This document shows positions 1 through 8,105 of a stretch of 24,444 bases of DNA, piece by piece. This stretch comes from a bacterium. GTDB taxonomy: Bacteria > Hydrothermota > 32-111. The stretch's first letter is position 1. Each line of letters opens with the position of its first letter. Position numbers and translations under genes: made by a program. The stretch covers positions 1 to 24,444 of the forward strand of contig JAWOBN010000074.1 in the NCBI GenBank assembly GCA_046484245.1, given 5' to 3'. Under the pieces are notes generated by a model that saw only the letters and a program-made list of their open reading frames with translations, did no database searches and was not told the origin of the DNA.

Positions 1-2
1 GG

Positions 3-1121
3 TCGAGAGATTGGCTGAGAATGGAGATATAGAATACCGGAGATTATCTTCTCTTTTGGATATGGATTTCGACTTTCGATAGGAGATAAGGAGACTCTTG
101 AAGGAGGATGAATGTGGTTTATGAGGTCACTTAGCTGATGCAACGTTCGAACTTGCAGAATAGAAAAAAGAAATGAAGAAGTGGAAGAATTGTCTGTAAA
201 AGGCAGATAACAAGATCGAACATCTTCAGAACGGATTATATCTACCAAGGCGGCATCATTTCTGGGGTTGCCTTTTATCTCATGAAGATGCGCCTTCAAT
301 GTCTCCGCCTTCTCCTGTATTTTCTCAATCTCCCCCTTGGAGATGCGGGACTCTCTCAATTTTTCAATCTGTTTATTGAGATTGTCTATCTTCTCCTCTT
401 GCCCGGCAACTGCCCCTGATATCACGCTTTCCTTTTTGAGCCTGCTCTCCCTTTCCAGTACTGTCTCTATTAGTGAAGACACAGAGGCGCTTCTGTCAAT
501 CGGTTCATCATTGGGGTCAATAAAGGGGAAGAGATTGTAGGAATTATCCCTTCTGTAGAGGAAGAAATCCCTCCTTTTGAGGAGCTCGTCAATATCCATA
601 TCCTCTTTATCTGTAATGCGCCTTGTTCTGGTTGTCAGATACTGACGCATTTCCTGCTTATCGGGGAAATCATAGACAGCTCCGGGTTTCAATATAACCT
701 CTCCCTCTCTATTCTTCTTGTATGAGTAGAGATTGATGATTTCATTGCTCTTGTCTGTTATGAGGAAATTGAATCTGCCCGGTATCATCTCCACTATGAT
801 TCTCACATCTGCTGATGTCTCTATGGTGAATATCCTGTCCATGGCAAATTGTTTTACTTCTGTAATCTTCTTATTCCTCACAAGTGATGAAAGCGGTGCA
901 TTGAAATTGTGCTCTGTTCTCTTATACCTCTTGTCTGAAACAAATACAAATGGGTGTGAAATGGAGGTGGAGATATGAATGGTGCTCCCCTTGCTTGTCC
1001 TGAGGCTTATCAGGCCCGGCTCTGTTATCTTCGCCTTATTGATATAAAATGGCAGCATTGGTTTTATCTCATATTCAATCAGATGATGGAGATTGAGTGA
1101 AGTAAACTTAATGTTCTTCAT
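3..1121 (-). CDS. rqcH: RqcH/FbpA (NFACT family, Rqc2) protein, N-terminal part; no stop codon in window; last ~90 codons look unrelated
   Basis: Not in the ORF track because it has no stop in the window. Manual translation from ATG 1121 gives MKNIKFTSLNLHHLIEYEIK...KKITEVKQFAMDRIFTIE...IIVEMIPGRFNFLITDKSNEII...ILKPGAVYDFP..., then a coiled-coil-like QEEKIDNLNKQIEKL...EKAETLKAHLHEIKG. This matches the NFACT-N pattern (Q...DRI...vE...gr.N.il.d...pg..Y..P). The frame is open to position 3. The start overlaps the PBP stop by 14 nt. Confidence 0.8.
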   Translation of the reverse strand, partial: MKNIKFTSLNLHHLIEYEIKPMLPFYINKAKITEPGLISLRTSKGSTIHISTSISHPFVFVSDKRYKRTEHNFNAPLSSLVRNKKITEVKQFAMDRIFTIETSADVRIIVEMIPGRFNFLITDKSNEIINLYSYKKNREGEVILKPGAVYDFPDKQEMRQYLTTRTRRITDKEDMDIDELLKRRDFFLYRRDNSYNLFPFIDPNDEPIDRSASVSSLIETVLERESRLKKESVISGAVAGQEEKIDNLNKQIEKLRESRISKGEIEKIQEKAETLKAHLHEIKGNPRNDAALVDIIRSEDVRSCYLPFTDNSSTSSFLFSILQVRTLHQLSDLINHIHPPSRVSLSPIESRNPYPKEKIISGILYLHSQPISR

Positions 1122-2160
1122 ATTTCCTTATAAACTGTATTGTTTTAAATCCCAGATAGCTCGCCTTGATTTCCCATATCGGGTCATTGACCACAAGTGC
1201 AATAACAGCGTAATTCTGTTTTTCACCCTTATAGACAGCCATGAACCAGTTGTAGTATCCGCGCGGATTACTGCCGTGAAGAGATCCTGTTTTTGCAAAG
1301 GTTCTGTCTGCAATTTTCCTGTCCATTCTGAATATGCCCGCAGATGTGCCGTACTGCGTAGTGCCTGACATTGCTTCAAGAATATAATCTGCTGATGTCT
1401 TTGAGATAATCCTCTGAGATGATTCAAGGTCACTGACAGTAAGTCGGGGATAGGCAAGAACACCCTCATTGCCCAGTGCAATTGCTATCATCAACCCGTG
1501 AAGGGGGGTTAAATATGAAAAATCCAGTCCTGCTGCAAGCTGCTTCAATTCCCTTTCTGAAGAAACCGAATCAATATAGCCTGTGCGTATGCCGCTTATA
1601 ACCCTGTCATTGAATAGGAATTTCTCTGCATACTGAACAATCCTTTCCTTTCCCAGAACAAGCCCCATATTGCCGTATGCAGCATTATTGGAGAATGCGG
1701 TTGCTTTTGCCAATGTGGTTGTTCTCTCATTTTCATACTGCCGCGGGGGGTATTTCAATTCACTGTATTTTGAACCCCTGTATTTGAGTATTGACCGGGG
1801 TTTATAGACACCGTTTCCTATTGCAGCTGCAAGAGGTACTGTCTTGAAGAGTGAAGTGCATACCAGATGGTCATTGATGTATTTGCCTGCCTTATACCCC
1901 CTGGCAGAATATTCCTTCATTGCAATGATCCTGCCGCTGCTGCATTCTGCAGCAATGGCAAATCCATAGGGAACAGAGTGATTGGAGAGCACAAGTTCTA
2001 TGTCCCTGTTGATATTTTCATTGATAAAGTGCATGTCACTCTTTATACCGTTCTTTACCATATTGACATATTCAGAGGGTATGTCCCCTGCTGACTGATC
2101 TGCCTGGCAGGACAGTACGGGCATGAGTATTATCAGCATTATGAGTTTCACTGTATCCAT
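1108..2160 (-). CDS. Penicillin-binding transpeptidase-domain protein (transpeptidase-only), probable lipoprotein
   Basis: SxxK (TSLFK), SxN (FSNN) and KTG (AKTGS) motifs; N-terminal hydrophobic stretch ending LSC. Start moved from TTG 2175 to ATG 2160 because 2167-2172 is a TATAAT box. Confidence 0.85.
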   Translation of the reverse strand: MDTVKLIMLIILMPVLSCQADQSAGDIPSEYVNMVKNGIKSDMHFINENINRDIELVLSNHSVPYGFAIAAECSSGRIIAMKEYSARGYKAGKYINDHLVCTSLFKTVPLAAAIGNGVYKPRSILKYRGSKYSELKYPPRQYENERTTTLAKATAFSNNAAYGNMGLVLGKERIVQYAEKFLFNDRVISGIRTGYIDSVSSERELKQLAAGLDFSYLTPLHGLMIAIALGNEGVLAYPRLTVSDLESSQRIISKTSADYILEAMSGTTQYGTSAGIFRMDRKIADRTFAKTGSLHGSNPRGYYNWFMAVYKGEKQNYAVIALVVNDPIWEIKASYLGFKTIQFIRKYEEH

Positions 2161-2166
2161 AGAATC

Positions 2167-2194
2167 ATTATACAAATTTTAAATGAAATAGCAA
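2167..2194 (-). promoter_or_regulatory. sigma70-type promoter of the PBP-rqcH unit, leaderless geometry
   Basis: TTGCTA (2194-2189), 16 bp, TATAAT (2172-2167), 6 nt, ATG (2160); no SD sequence. Confidence 0.6.
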
Positions 2195-2368
2195 TATGAA
2201 GAACACTGCTGTATATCTACAGGTTTCAGGGGATAGTAATCAATGAACATTTATCAGGCAATAAATATACTGAAAGAAAAATGAATAGAAGAAACCCTTT
2301 CCGGAAATATTGTAATTAAGGTTGGCTATTATATTACTTAACTAATTATTGATTGATTATAAATAAAT

Positions 2369-2406
2369 AATTATTAAATAATAAGTTGACAATTATTAAA
2401 TAATTG
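2369..2406. promoter_or_regulatory. Tandem palindromic operator-like sites
   Basis: AATTATTAAATAAT at 2369-2382 and 2391-2404 (22-bp period). The second copy is an 8-1-8 palindrome CAATTATT-A-AATAATTG (2390-2406) filling the -35/-10 spacer. Confidence 0.45.
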
Positions 2407-2413
2407 GTATAAT
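2386..2413 (+). promoter_or_regulatory. Consensus sigma70 promoter with extended -10, leaderless geometry
   Basis: TTGACA (2386-2391), 16 bp, TGg+TATAAT (2408-2413), 6 nt, ATG 2420. Confidence 0.75.
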
Positions 2414-2419
2414 AATTAT

Positions 2420-3127
2420 ATGAATAATAAAGTGAACCGGGTAGCAGATATTATAAAGAGCAGGGGCAGTGCCAGTACTGCTGAGCTCTCGGAAATACTG
2501 GGTATTTCCAGGCAGATGGTGCACAGATATCTCAAGGAACTCATCAAATCCGGCATAATTATGAAGAGGGGTTCAACAAGATCCGCTGTTTATATGCCGG
2601 CAGGTAATAAGTCAGAAAAAGAGCTGCCCTCACTGAAAAAGATATATGAAAGACCCAATCCGAAGGATGTCTATACGGAATTCTCCCTCAAGCTGAGATT
2701 CTCCAAATACCTCAACAAGAATGCCCATGTTATTCTCAAGAGGGTTTTCCTTGAGATGATTGATAATGCAGTGCGGTATTCCGGTACAGAGATGATTGAG
2801 ATAGAGGGCAGAATTGATGATTATAATATTTCCGTATCATTCACTGATTCAGGCAGCGGTATATTTGAAAATATTATGAAGAATAATACAGGGCTTGAGA
2901 GTGAGTTTAAATCCATTATTCACCTCATAAAGAAGTATGAGAATTGCTCCGGTGATGACAGTTGCGGAGGTCTTGTCAAATGCATGCTGCCGTCAGCGTA
3001 TTGTGAGATCAAATCACACAAGCAGACACTGATAATTGACAGGGCAAATGATGAGCATTATGTCAAAGAGCATGAATTCTTCAGGGGGACATCTGTCAGA
3101 TTCCTCATTGCGCTCAATCATCACTGA
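2420..3127 (+). CDS. N-terminal winged HTH plus GHKL/HATPase_c-like (anti-sigma/kinase-like) domain protein
   Basis: HTH: TAELSEILGISRQMVHRYLKELIKSGII. GHKL boxes: EMIDNAVRYS (N box), FTDSGSGI (G1), FRGTSVRFLI (G3). Confidence 0.75.
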   Translation: MNNKVNRVADIIKSRGSASTAELSEILGISRQMVHRYLKELIKSGIIMKRGSTRSAVYMPAGNKSEKELPSLKKIYERPNPKDVYTEFSLKLRFSKYLNKNAHVILKRVFLEMIDNAVRYSGTEMIEIEGRIDDYNISVSFTDSGSGIFENIMKNNTGLESEFKSIIHLIKKYENCSGDDSCGGLVKCMLPSAYCEIKSHKQTLIIDRANDEHYVKEHEFFRGTSVRFLIALNHH

Positions 3128-3136
3128 GGATTAATA

Positions 3137-3165
3137 TTGACAAGACGAGTCAAAAACACTAAAAT
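3137..3165 (+). promoter_or_regulatory. sigma70-type promoter for 3202..3588
   Basis: TTGACA (3137-3142), 17 bp, TAAAAT (3160-3165); SD GAGGTG at 3191-3196. Confidence 0.65.
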
Positions 3166-3201
3166 TATAATGGATTAAAAGGTTTAAAGTGAGGTGACTA
3201 A

Positions 3202-3588
3202 ATGAAGAAATTAATATTACTGACAGTTTTGGTGTTTTCTCTGACTGCCCTTATGGCAAATATGCCCGGTATGGGAATGAACAGCACCATCTCAGAGTTG
3301 TCAGACAATCTCTATGACAATAGTTCCTACAGTTTCTCAACAGGCATATATTCAACAATGAACAGGCATTTCAGCTATTCATTGCTGTCAGCTCAATACT
3401 CCAAGGCAATAAACAGGAACTGGGCACTCAATTATGATATCAGCCATTTCAACAGGAATTTCACAGACAATTATGTGTTCACGGGTGTGGGGCTCACATA
3501 CCATAAGGAGAATTTCAATTTCAGTATTTACTTCAATAAGGGTTTTGACGCCAATCAGATAAATGAATTCAAATTAAATAATTATTAA
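3202..3588 (+). CDS. Hypothetical secreted protein, beta-strand/aromatic rich
   Basis: MKK plus hydrophobic core and A-L-M-A signal peptide; good SD; alternating aromatic/hydrophobic residues. Confidence 0.75.
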   Translation: MKKLILLTVLVFSLTALMANMPGMGMNSTISELSDNLYDNSSYSFSTGIYSTMNRHFSYSLLSAQYSKAINRNWALNYDISHFNRNFTDNYVFTGVGLTYHKENFNFSIYFNKGFDANQINEFKLNNY

Positions 3589-3656
3589 TCGGGTCTTAAT
3601 AAGGTTTTAATTTATATATTATATAATGGAAGAAAGATAGAAAACCAGGGGGTTTT

Positions 3657-6600
3657 ATGAAAAAAATCGTTCTTTTGATTGTAATCTTTGCTTCAATAAT
3701 GATATATTCTGCTGATATCAATGTCAATGGATATACATTGTATCAGTATACATCAGCTCAGAGTGTTGTGCTTCCCGACACAGTGATACCCGAGGGGTAT
3801 TATCTTGTTGTGGGCAGGAATGCCACAGAGGCGGAATTTGAGGCATTCTGGGGCGCATTGCCGGCAAATGCCATATACTTTAATTCTGTCAATAACTGCC
3901 CCATGATCAATGGTGATGAGACATATTCCCTTGATGACAGCGGCGGCACACAGATTGACTCAACGACATCCCCGCTCAGCGGAGGCAATACTGCCCAGAG
4001 GGACGCTACCAATGTCAATACATGGACACAATCAGCAGATACAAATGCTGCACCGGGCAGCGGTGTGACAGGCGGCAATGGAGTTGGGCTTGTTATTACA
4101 GAGTATTCCGATGCATCAGGCACAGGCAATTATATATATGAGTTTGTGGAGATATATAATGACGGCGGTTCAGCATCCAACAGCCCGCCGTCAATAGGTT
4201 CCCTGTCACACAGTCCCGATCCTGTGATGATTGATGACAATGTTGCTGTAACAGCCGGAATTACTGATGATTCAGGCATTGCAGCAGACACACTCTTTTA
4301 CTCTCTAAATTCAGGTGCATGGAATTCTGTGATGAATGATTCTGTTGCATCAGGCAATTATTATTATTCAATCGGCTCATTCTCCCTGGGTGACGCTGTT
4401 GATTATTATGTCAAAGCAGTTGATGACAGTTCGGCCTCTTCCATTTCAGATACAAACTCCTTCACTGTGCAGGACACTGCAGCAGGTGATTCTGTTAATA
4501 TATTGAATTATCAGTTAACACAGTATGATGCATCCAAAACCTATGCATTCGGTGATATTACAATGTATGACGGCGACTATGTTATTGTAGGCAGGGATGC
4601 AGACCAGGCATCATTTGAAGCATTCTGGGGCATAACAATTCCATCCAATGCAACCTATATCAATAGTGCGGGTGCCGCCATTTCCATCAATGGTGCTGAA
4701 ACATACTCCCTTGATGATGGGGCAGGTACAAGGATTGACTCCACAACATCCCCTCTCAGCGGGGGCAATACAGCCCAGAGGGACGCAACCAATGTCAACA
4801 CATGGACACAGTCAGCAGATATAAATGCCACACCGGGCAGCGGTGTGACAGGCGGCAATAATGCAGGACTGGTTATTACAGAATATTCCGATGCATCAGG
4901 CACAGGCAATTACATTTATGAGTTTGTGGAATTGTACTTTGACGCCAGTGATTCAGGGACAAACTCTCCTCCTATTATTGACAGCATAAAAACAATACCG
5001 GCATATGTGGAACCTGCAGACAATGTGACAGGCGCTGCTTTCATAAGGGATGACTCAGGCGTGTCCGCTGATACAATGTTCTATAAGGTCGGAGACAGCG
5101 GTGCATGGGCTTCTCTAAGCACTGACTCTGTATCGGGAGACGGTTATTACTATACGCTCGGCTCATTCAATGAGAATGACACAGTATATTATTATGAGAA
5201 GGCAGTTGATGACAGTGCAGCTTCAACAATTTCATCCACAGAGTCATTTATTGTACAGTATTATGCACCTGAAATCACCAATACTGCTCATTCTCCTGCT
5301 CCTGTGGTTGAAGGCAATACTGTGATAAATTATGCTGACATAGTTGACTATAATGGAACAATTTCACTTGCATACACATATTACTGGGTCAATGGCGGTT
5401 CAACATCAAGTATAAGCAGTGACTCTGTGTCAGGCAATACATATTACTTTACACTCGGGTCATTTACTGCAGGAGATACTGTTTCATATTATGTTTTTGC
5501 CAGAGACAATGACAATAATATTACTCGCTCTGATACAATGGGCTTTACAGTACTGGCAGCACCCGATTATTCTGTAAAGGTCAATGAATTTGCATCAGAC
5601 GGCCCGTCAGGGGGCGACACACCCTCAGAATGGATTGAACTGTACAATACAGGTGCTGACACAGTTGATATTTCGGGATATACATTAACAGACGGCGAGG
5701 ATCAGTTTGCCATTCCGCCATCAACTGAACTGGCACCCGGTGAATTCTACCTCCTTGTCCAGAATATTGATTCATTCAATGCATATTTCTCAATGCCTGT
5801 AGGCACGGATTATTATGCATACGGTGATTCCGCAGGTTCATTTGCACTTGCCAATTCAGGTGATGAGATAATACTGAAGGATGCTTCATCAATTGAAGTG
5901 GATTATGCCAATTACGGCACAGGTGCAAATCCGGCTCCGACACCTGCTGAAGGCAGTTCTGCGTCAAGGAATCCCGATGGCACGGACACGGATAATTGCA
6001 CCAATGACTTCACTGAACTGACAGTTCCGACACCCGGTTCCAAGATAGTGATGGGTCCGTCCATAGCAAATGTCAGCAGGGACAAGTATCTGCCTCTCGC
6101 ATCTGAGGATATCACAGTAACCTGCACAGCAGCAGACGGTGACGGTATCTCCGGTGTTTATCTTGTGGCAAGTTTCTATGATTCCAATACAGTTGACACA
6201 TTTGAGATGCTCAGTGCTGCGGGCGACACATTCGCCTATACAATTCCTGCCAAGAATGACGGATGCAGGACAGAGTACTTTATATATGCTGTTGATAATG
6301 CATCTGACACTACGGTTACAGCAAGTCAGGGCAGGTTCTTCTGGGGCTATACATCCATACCAAAACTCAAGCAGATAGACAGTCTCGGATACCCCCGTTA
6401 TTACGGATATGCAATACGCTCAACAGGCATAGTCACAACAGAGACAGGCACATACTCCTCATTTGCCAATATCATCAATTTCCAGGAGAATTATATACTG
6501 GGGGCTGTGGTCAAGACAGATACAATAGACCCGCACTGCCTGCTCGGCGACTCAATAACAGCAGAGGGCACAATAGGCATGTGGAATGGACAGACAAGGA

Positions 6601-7544
6601 TTGACCCGCCCAATAGTGCAATAACCATTCATTCATCCGGACACGCCATTGATACAATATTCATTACAGCTGATGACCTTATGGATACAACAGGTGAGAC
6701 ATACGAGGGACTGCTTGCACAGATTGACTGTTACGGCATACATTCAGGCACATGGCCTGCAGCAGGTAGTAACGGCGGGCTGTGGATGATGAATGACACT
6801 GTAATAAGCAAGGGCGATTTATGCGACACATTCTATATGTGGGTTGATGTGGATACTGATATTGACGGCACTACAGAACCCGCATGGGGCGAGAGAATTG
6901 TCGGCATTATTTCACAGTATGATATATCAGAGCCGTATTTCTCCGGTTATCAGATGCTGCCGAGGGATTCCAAGGATGTCAATACAGGGCTCAATACCCT
7001 TATAAGCAACTGTTATGTATCACTCTCCATTGAAAACAACAATATTGTCATCAAATGGAATATTGAGGGTGTGAAGAATCTTGCTGCAATAAGGATTGAG
7101 AGGAAATCAGAAAGTGAAGAGCATTATAAGGTGATTGACATACTGAAGCCTGATTCAAGAGAGTACAGGGACAGCGGCATGGAGTTCAACAGGATATATA
7201 CATACAGGATTGTGGCAGTAACAGACGACTCAAGGAAACTTGTTCTGAGTACTGTTAAGACATCACGCAATATGCTTATTGATGAACTGGATATGATGCT
7301 CAGCAGGAATACAATGACTGATAATAATGCATGGATTGAACTTGCGGTTCCTGCAAGCTCATCAATGAATATCAGTCTCTATGATCTGACAGGAAGACAG
7401 GTGAAGAATATATTCACAGGTTCAATGCCGGGAGGAAGAAACAGGCTCTATATGAATACTTCAGACATTGCAGCAGGCACATACTTCATCAGGCTTTCAT
7501 CTCAGAATAAGAGCATTATAAAGAAGATAAATATAATCAAATAA
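3657..7544 (+). CDS. Large secreted multidomain protein: lamin-tail domains (LTD), Ig-like repeats, OB-fold-like region, C-terminal T9SS type-A/FlgD-like sorting domain
   Basis: Signal peptide; canonical LTD (VKVNEF...SEWIELYN...VDISGYTL...LANSGDEIIL...PTPG); four PP.I...V.A.I.D...YYV.A.D Ig-like units; C-terminus ISLYDLTGRQV...AGTYFIRL...KKINIIK. Confidence 0.85.
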   Translation: MKKIVLLIVIFASIMIYSADINVNGYTLYQYTSAQSVVLPDTVIPEGYYLVVGRNATEAEFEAFWGALPANAIYFNSVNNCPMINGDETYSLDDSGGTQIDSTTSPLSGGNTAQRDATNVNTWTQSADTNAAPGSGVTGGNGVGLVITEYSDASGTGNYIYEFVEIYNDGGSASNSPPSIGSLSHSPDPVMIDDNVAVTAGITDDSGIAADTLFYSLNSGAWNSVMNDSVASGNYYYSIGSFSLGDAVDYYVKAVDDSSASSISDTNSFTVQDTAAGDSVNILNYQLTQYDASKTYAFGDITMYDGDYVIVGRDADQASFEAFWGITIPSNATYINSAGAAISINGAETYSLDDGAGTRIDSTTSPLSGGNTAQRDATNVNTWTQSADINATPGSGVTGGNNAGLVITEYSDASGTGNYIYEFVELYFDASDSGTNSPPIIDSIKTIPAYVEPADNVTGAAFIRDDSGVSADTMFYKVGDSGAWASLSTDSVSGDGYYYTLGSFNENDTVYYYEKAVDDSAASTISSTESFIVQYYAPEITNTAHSPAPVVEGNTVINYADIVDYNGTISLAYTYYWVNGGSTSSISSDSVSGNTYYFTLGSFTAGDTVSYYVFARDNDNNITRSDTMGFTVLAAPDYSVKVNEFASDGPSGGDTPSEWIELYNTGADTVDISGYTLTDGEDQFAIPPSTELAPGEFYLLVQNIDSFNAYFSMPVGTDYYAYGDSAGSFALANSGDEIILKDASSIEVDYANYGTGANPAPTPAEGSSASRNPDGTDTDNCTNDFTELTVPTPGSKIVMGPSIANVSRDKYLPLASEDITVTCTAADGDGISGVYLVASFYDSNTVDTFEMLSAAGDTFAYTIPAKNDGCRTEYFIYAVDNASDTTVTASQGRFFWGYTSIPKLKQIDSLGYPRYYGYAIRSTGIVTTETGTYSSFANIINFQENYILGAVVKTDTIDPHCLLGDSITAEGTIGMWNGQTRIDPPNSAITIHSSGHAIDTIFITADDLMDTTGETYEGLLAQIDCYGIHSGTWPAAGSNGGLWMMNDTVISKGDLCDTFYMWVDVDTDIDGTTEPAWGERIVGIISQYDISEPYFSGYQMLPRDSKDVNTGLNTLISNCYVSLSIENNNIVIKWNIEGVKNLAAIRIERKSESEEHYKVIDILKPDSREYRDSGMEFNRIYTYRIVAVTDDSRKLVLSTVKTSRNMLIDELDMMLSRNTMTDNNAWIELAVPASSSMNISLYDLTGRQVKNIFTGSMPGGRNRLYMNTSDIAAGTYFIRLSSQNKSIIKKINIIK
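3711..4940 (+). repeat. Intragenic tandem duplication with 780-nt (260-aa) period
   Basis: 3907-4150 and 4687-4930 are near-identical at DNA level, e.g. caccgggcagcggtgtgacaggcggcaat and tattccgatgcatcaggcacaggcaatta are shared exactly. Confidence 0.95.
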
Positions 7545-7568
7545 AAAAAGGGGGCTGAAGCCCCCTTT
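7543..7568 (-). terminator. Rho-independent terminator between convergent genes (strong on minus strand, possibly bidirectional)
   Basis: AAAGGGGGC-TGAA-GCCCCCTTT (7547-7568). The A7 tract at 7543-7549 gives a U-tail on the minus strand; the plus strand has only TTT. Confidence 0.85.
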
Positions 7569-7593
7569 CCATTTCCCTATTATCAATCTTCAT

Positions 7594-8103
7594 CTATTCA
7601 AATTTCTTGAACATGCTGCTTGAAACACCGCATACAGGGCATTTGTCAGGTGTATCGTCACCGACATGCGTGTATCCGCATACAGGGCATATATATACAT
7701 TGCCTTCCCTGAAATCCTTGCCGTCTTTCAATGTCTCTATTGCTTCCTCATAGAGTGCTTCATGTATCTTCTCTGCTTCTTCAGCATAATGTATTGAGCG
7801 CATTGCGCCCTTCTCTTCCTGAAGCTCAGCAACAGCATTGTATGCAGGATACATCTCATCAATCTCAAAGCTCTCGCCGCTCTTTGCTGATTTGAGATTA
7901 TCCAGTGTGTCGGCGAGCAGTCCCAGCTCCTTCATGTGATTGGTCGCATGGACCCTCTCTGCTTCTGCAACAGCCCTGAATAGCCGTGCTATTGAGGGAT
8001 GTCCTTCTTTCTCTGCTTTTTCAGCAAATGCAAGATACTTTATATGTGCCTGTGATTCTCCGGCCAATGCCTCTTCCAGTGCTTTTTTGGTCATTTCCTT
8101 CAT
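7594..8103 (-). CDS. rbr: Rubrerythrin
   Basis: AGESQAHIKY, EAERVHA, GESFE..EMYP, EAEKIH diiron motifs plus C-terminal CPVCG...CPVCG rubredoxin domain. ATG 8103 lies 5 nt after GAGGAG. Confidence 0.95.
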   Translation of the reverse strand: MKEMTKKALEEALAGESQAHIKYLAFAEKAEKEGHPSIARLFRAVAEAERVHATNHMKELGLLADTLDNLKSAKSGESFEIDEMYPAYNAVAELQEEKGAMRSIHYAEEAEKIHEALYEEAIETLKDGKDFREGNVYICPVCGYTHVGDDTPDKCPVCGVSSSMFKKFE

Positions 8104-8105
8104 TA

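Noticed and set aside
2..270. Plus-strand frame with protein-like composition broken by TAG, TGA, TAG, TAA (possible alternative genetic code)
   Set aside because: Four stops in about 85 codons is roughly the random expectation, all three stop types occur, and the segment is too short to support recoding.
3711..4940. Near-identical repeat pair as a DGR template/variable repeat
   Set aside because: Both copies are in frame in one CDS, differences are mostly synonymous and not adenine-specific, and there is no reverse transcriptase.
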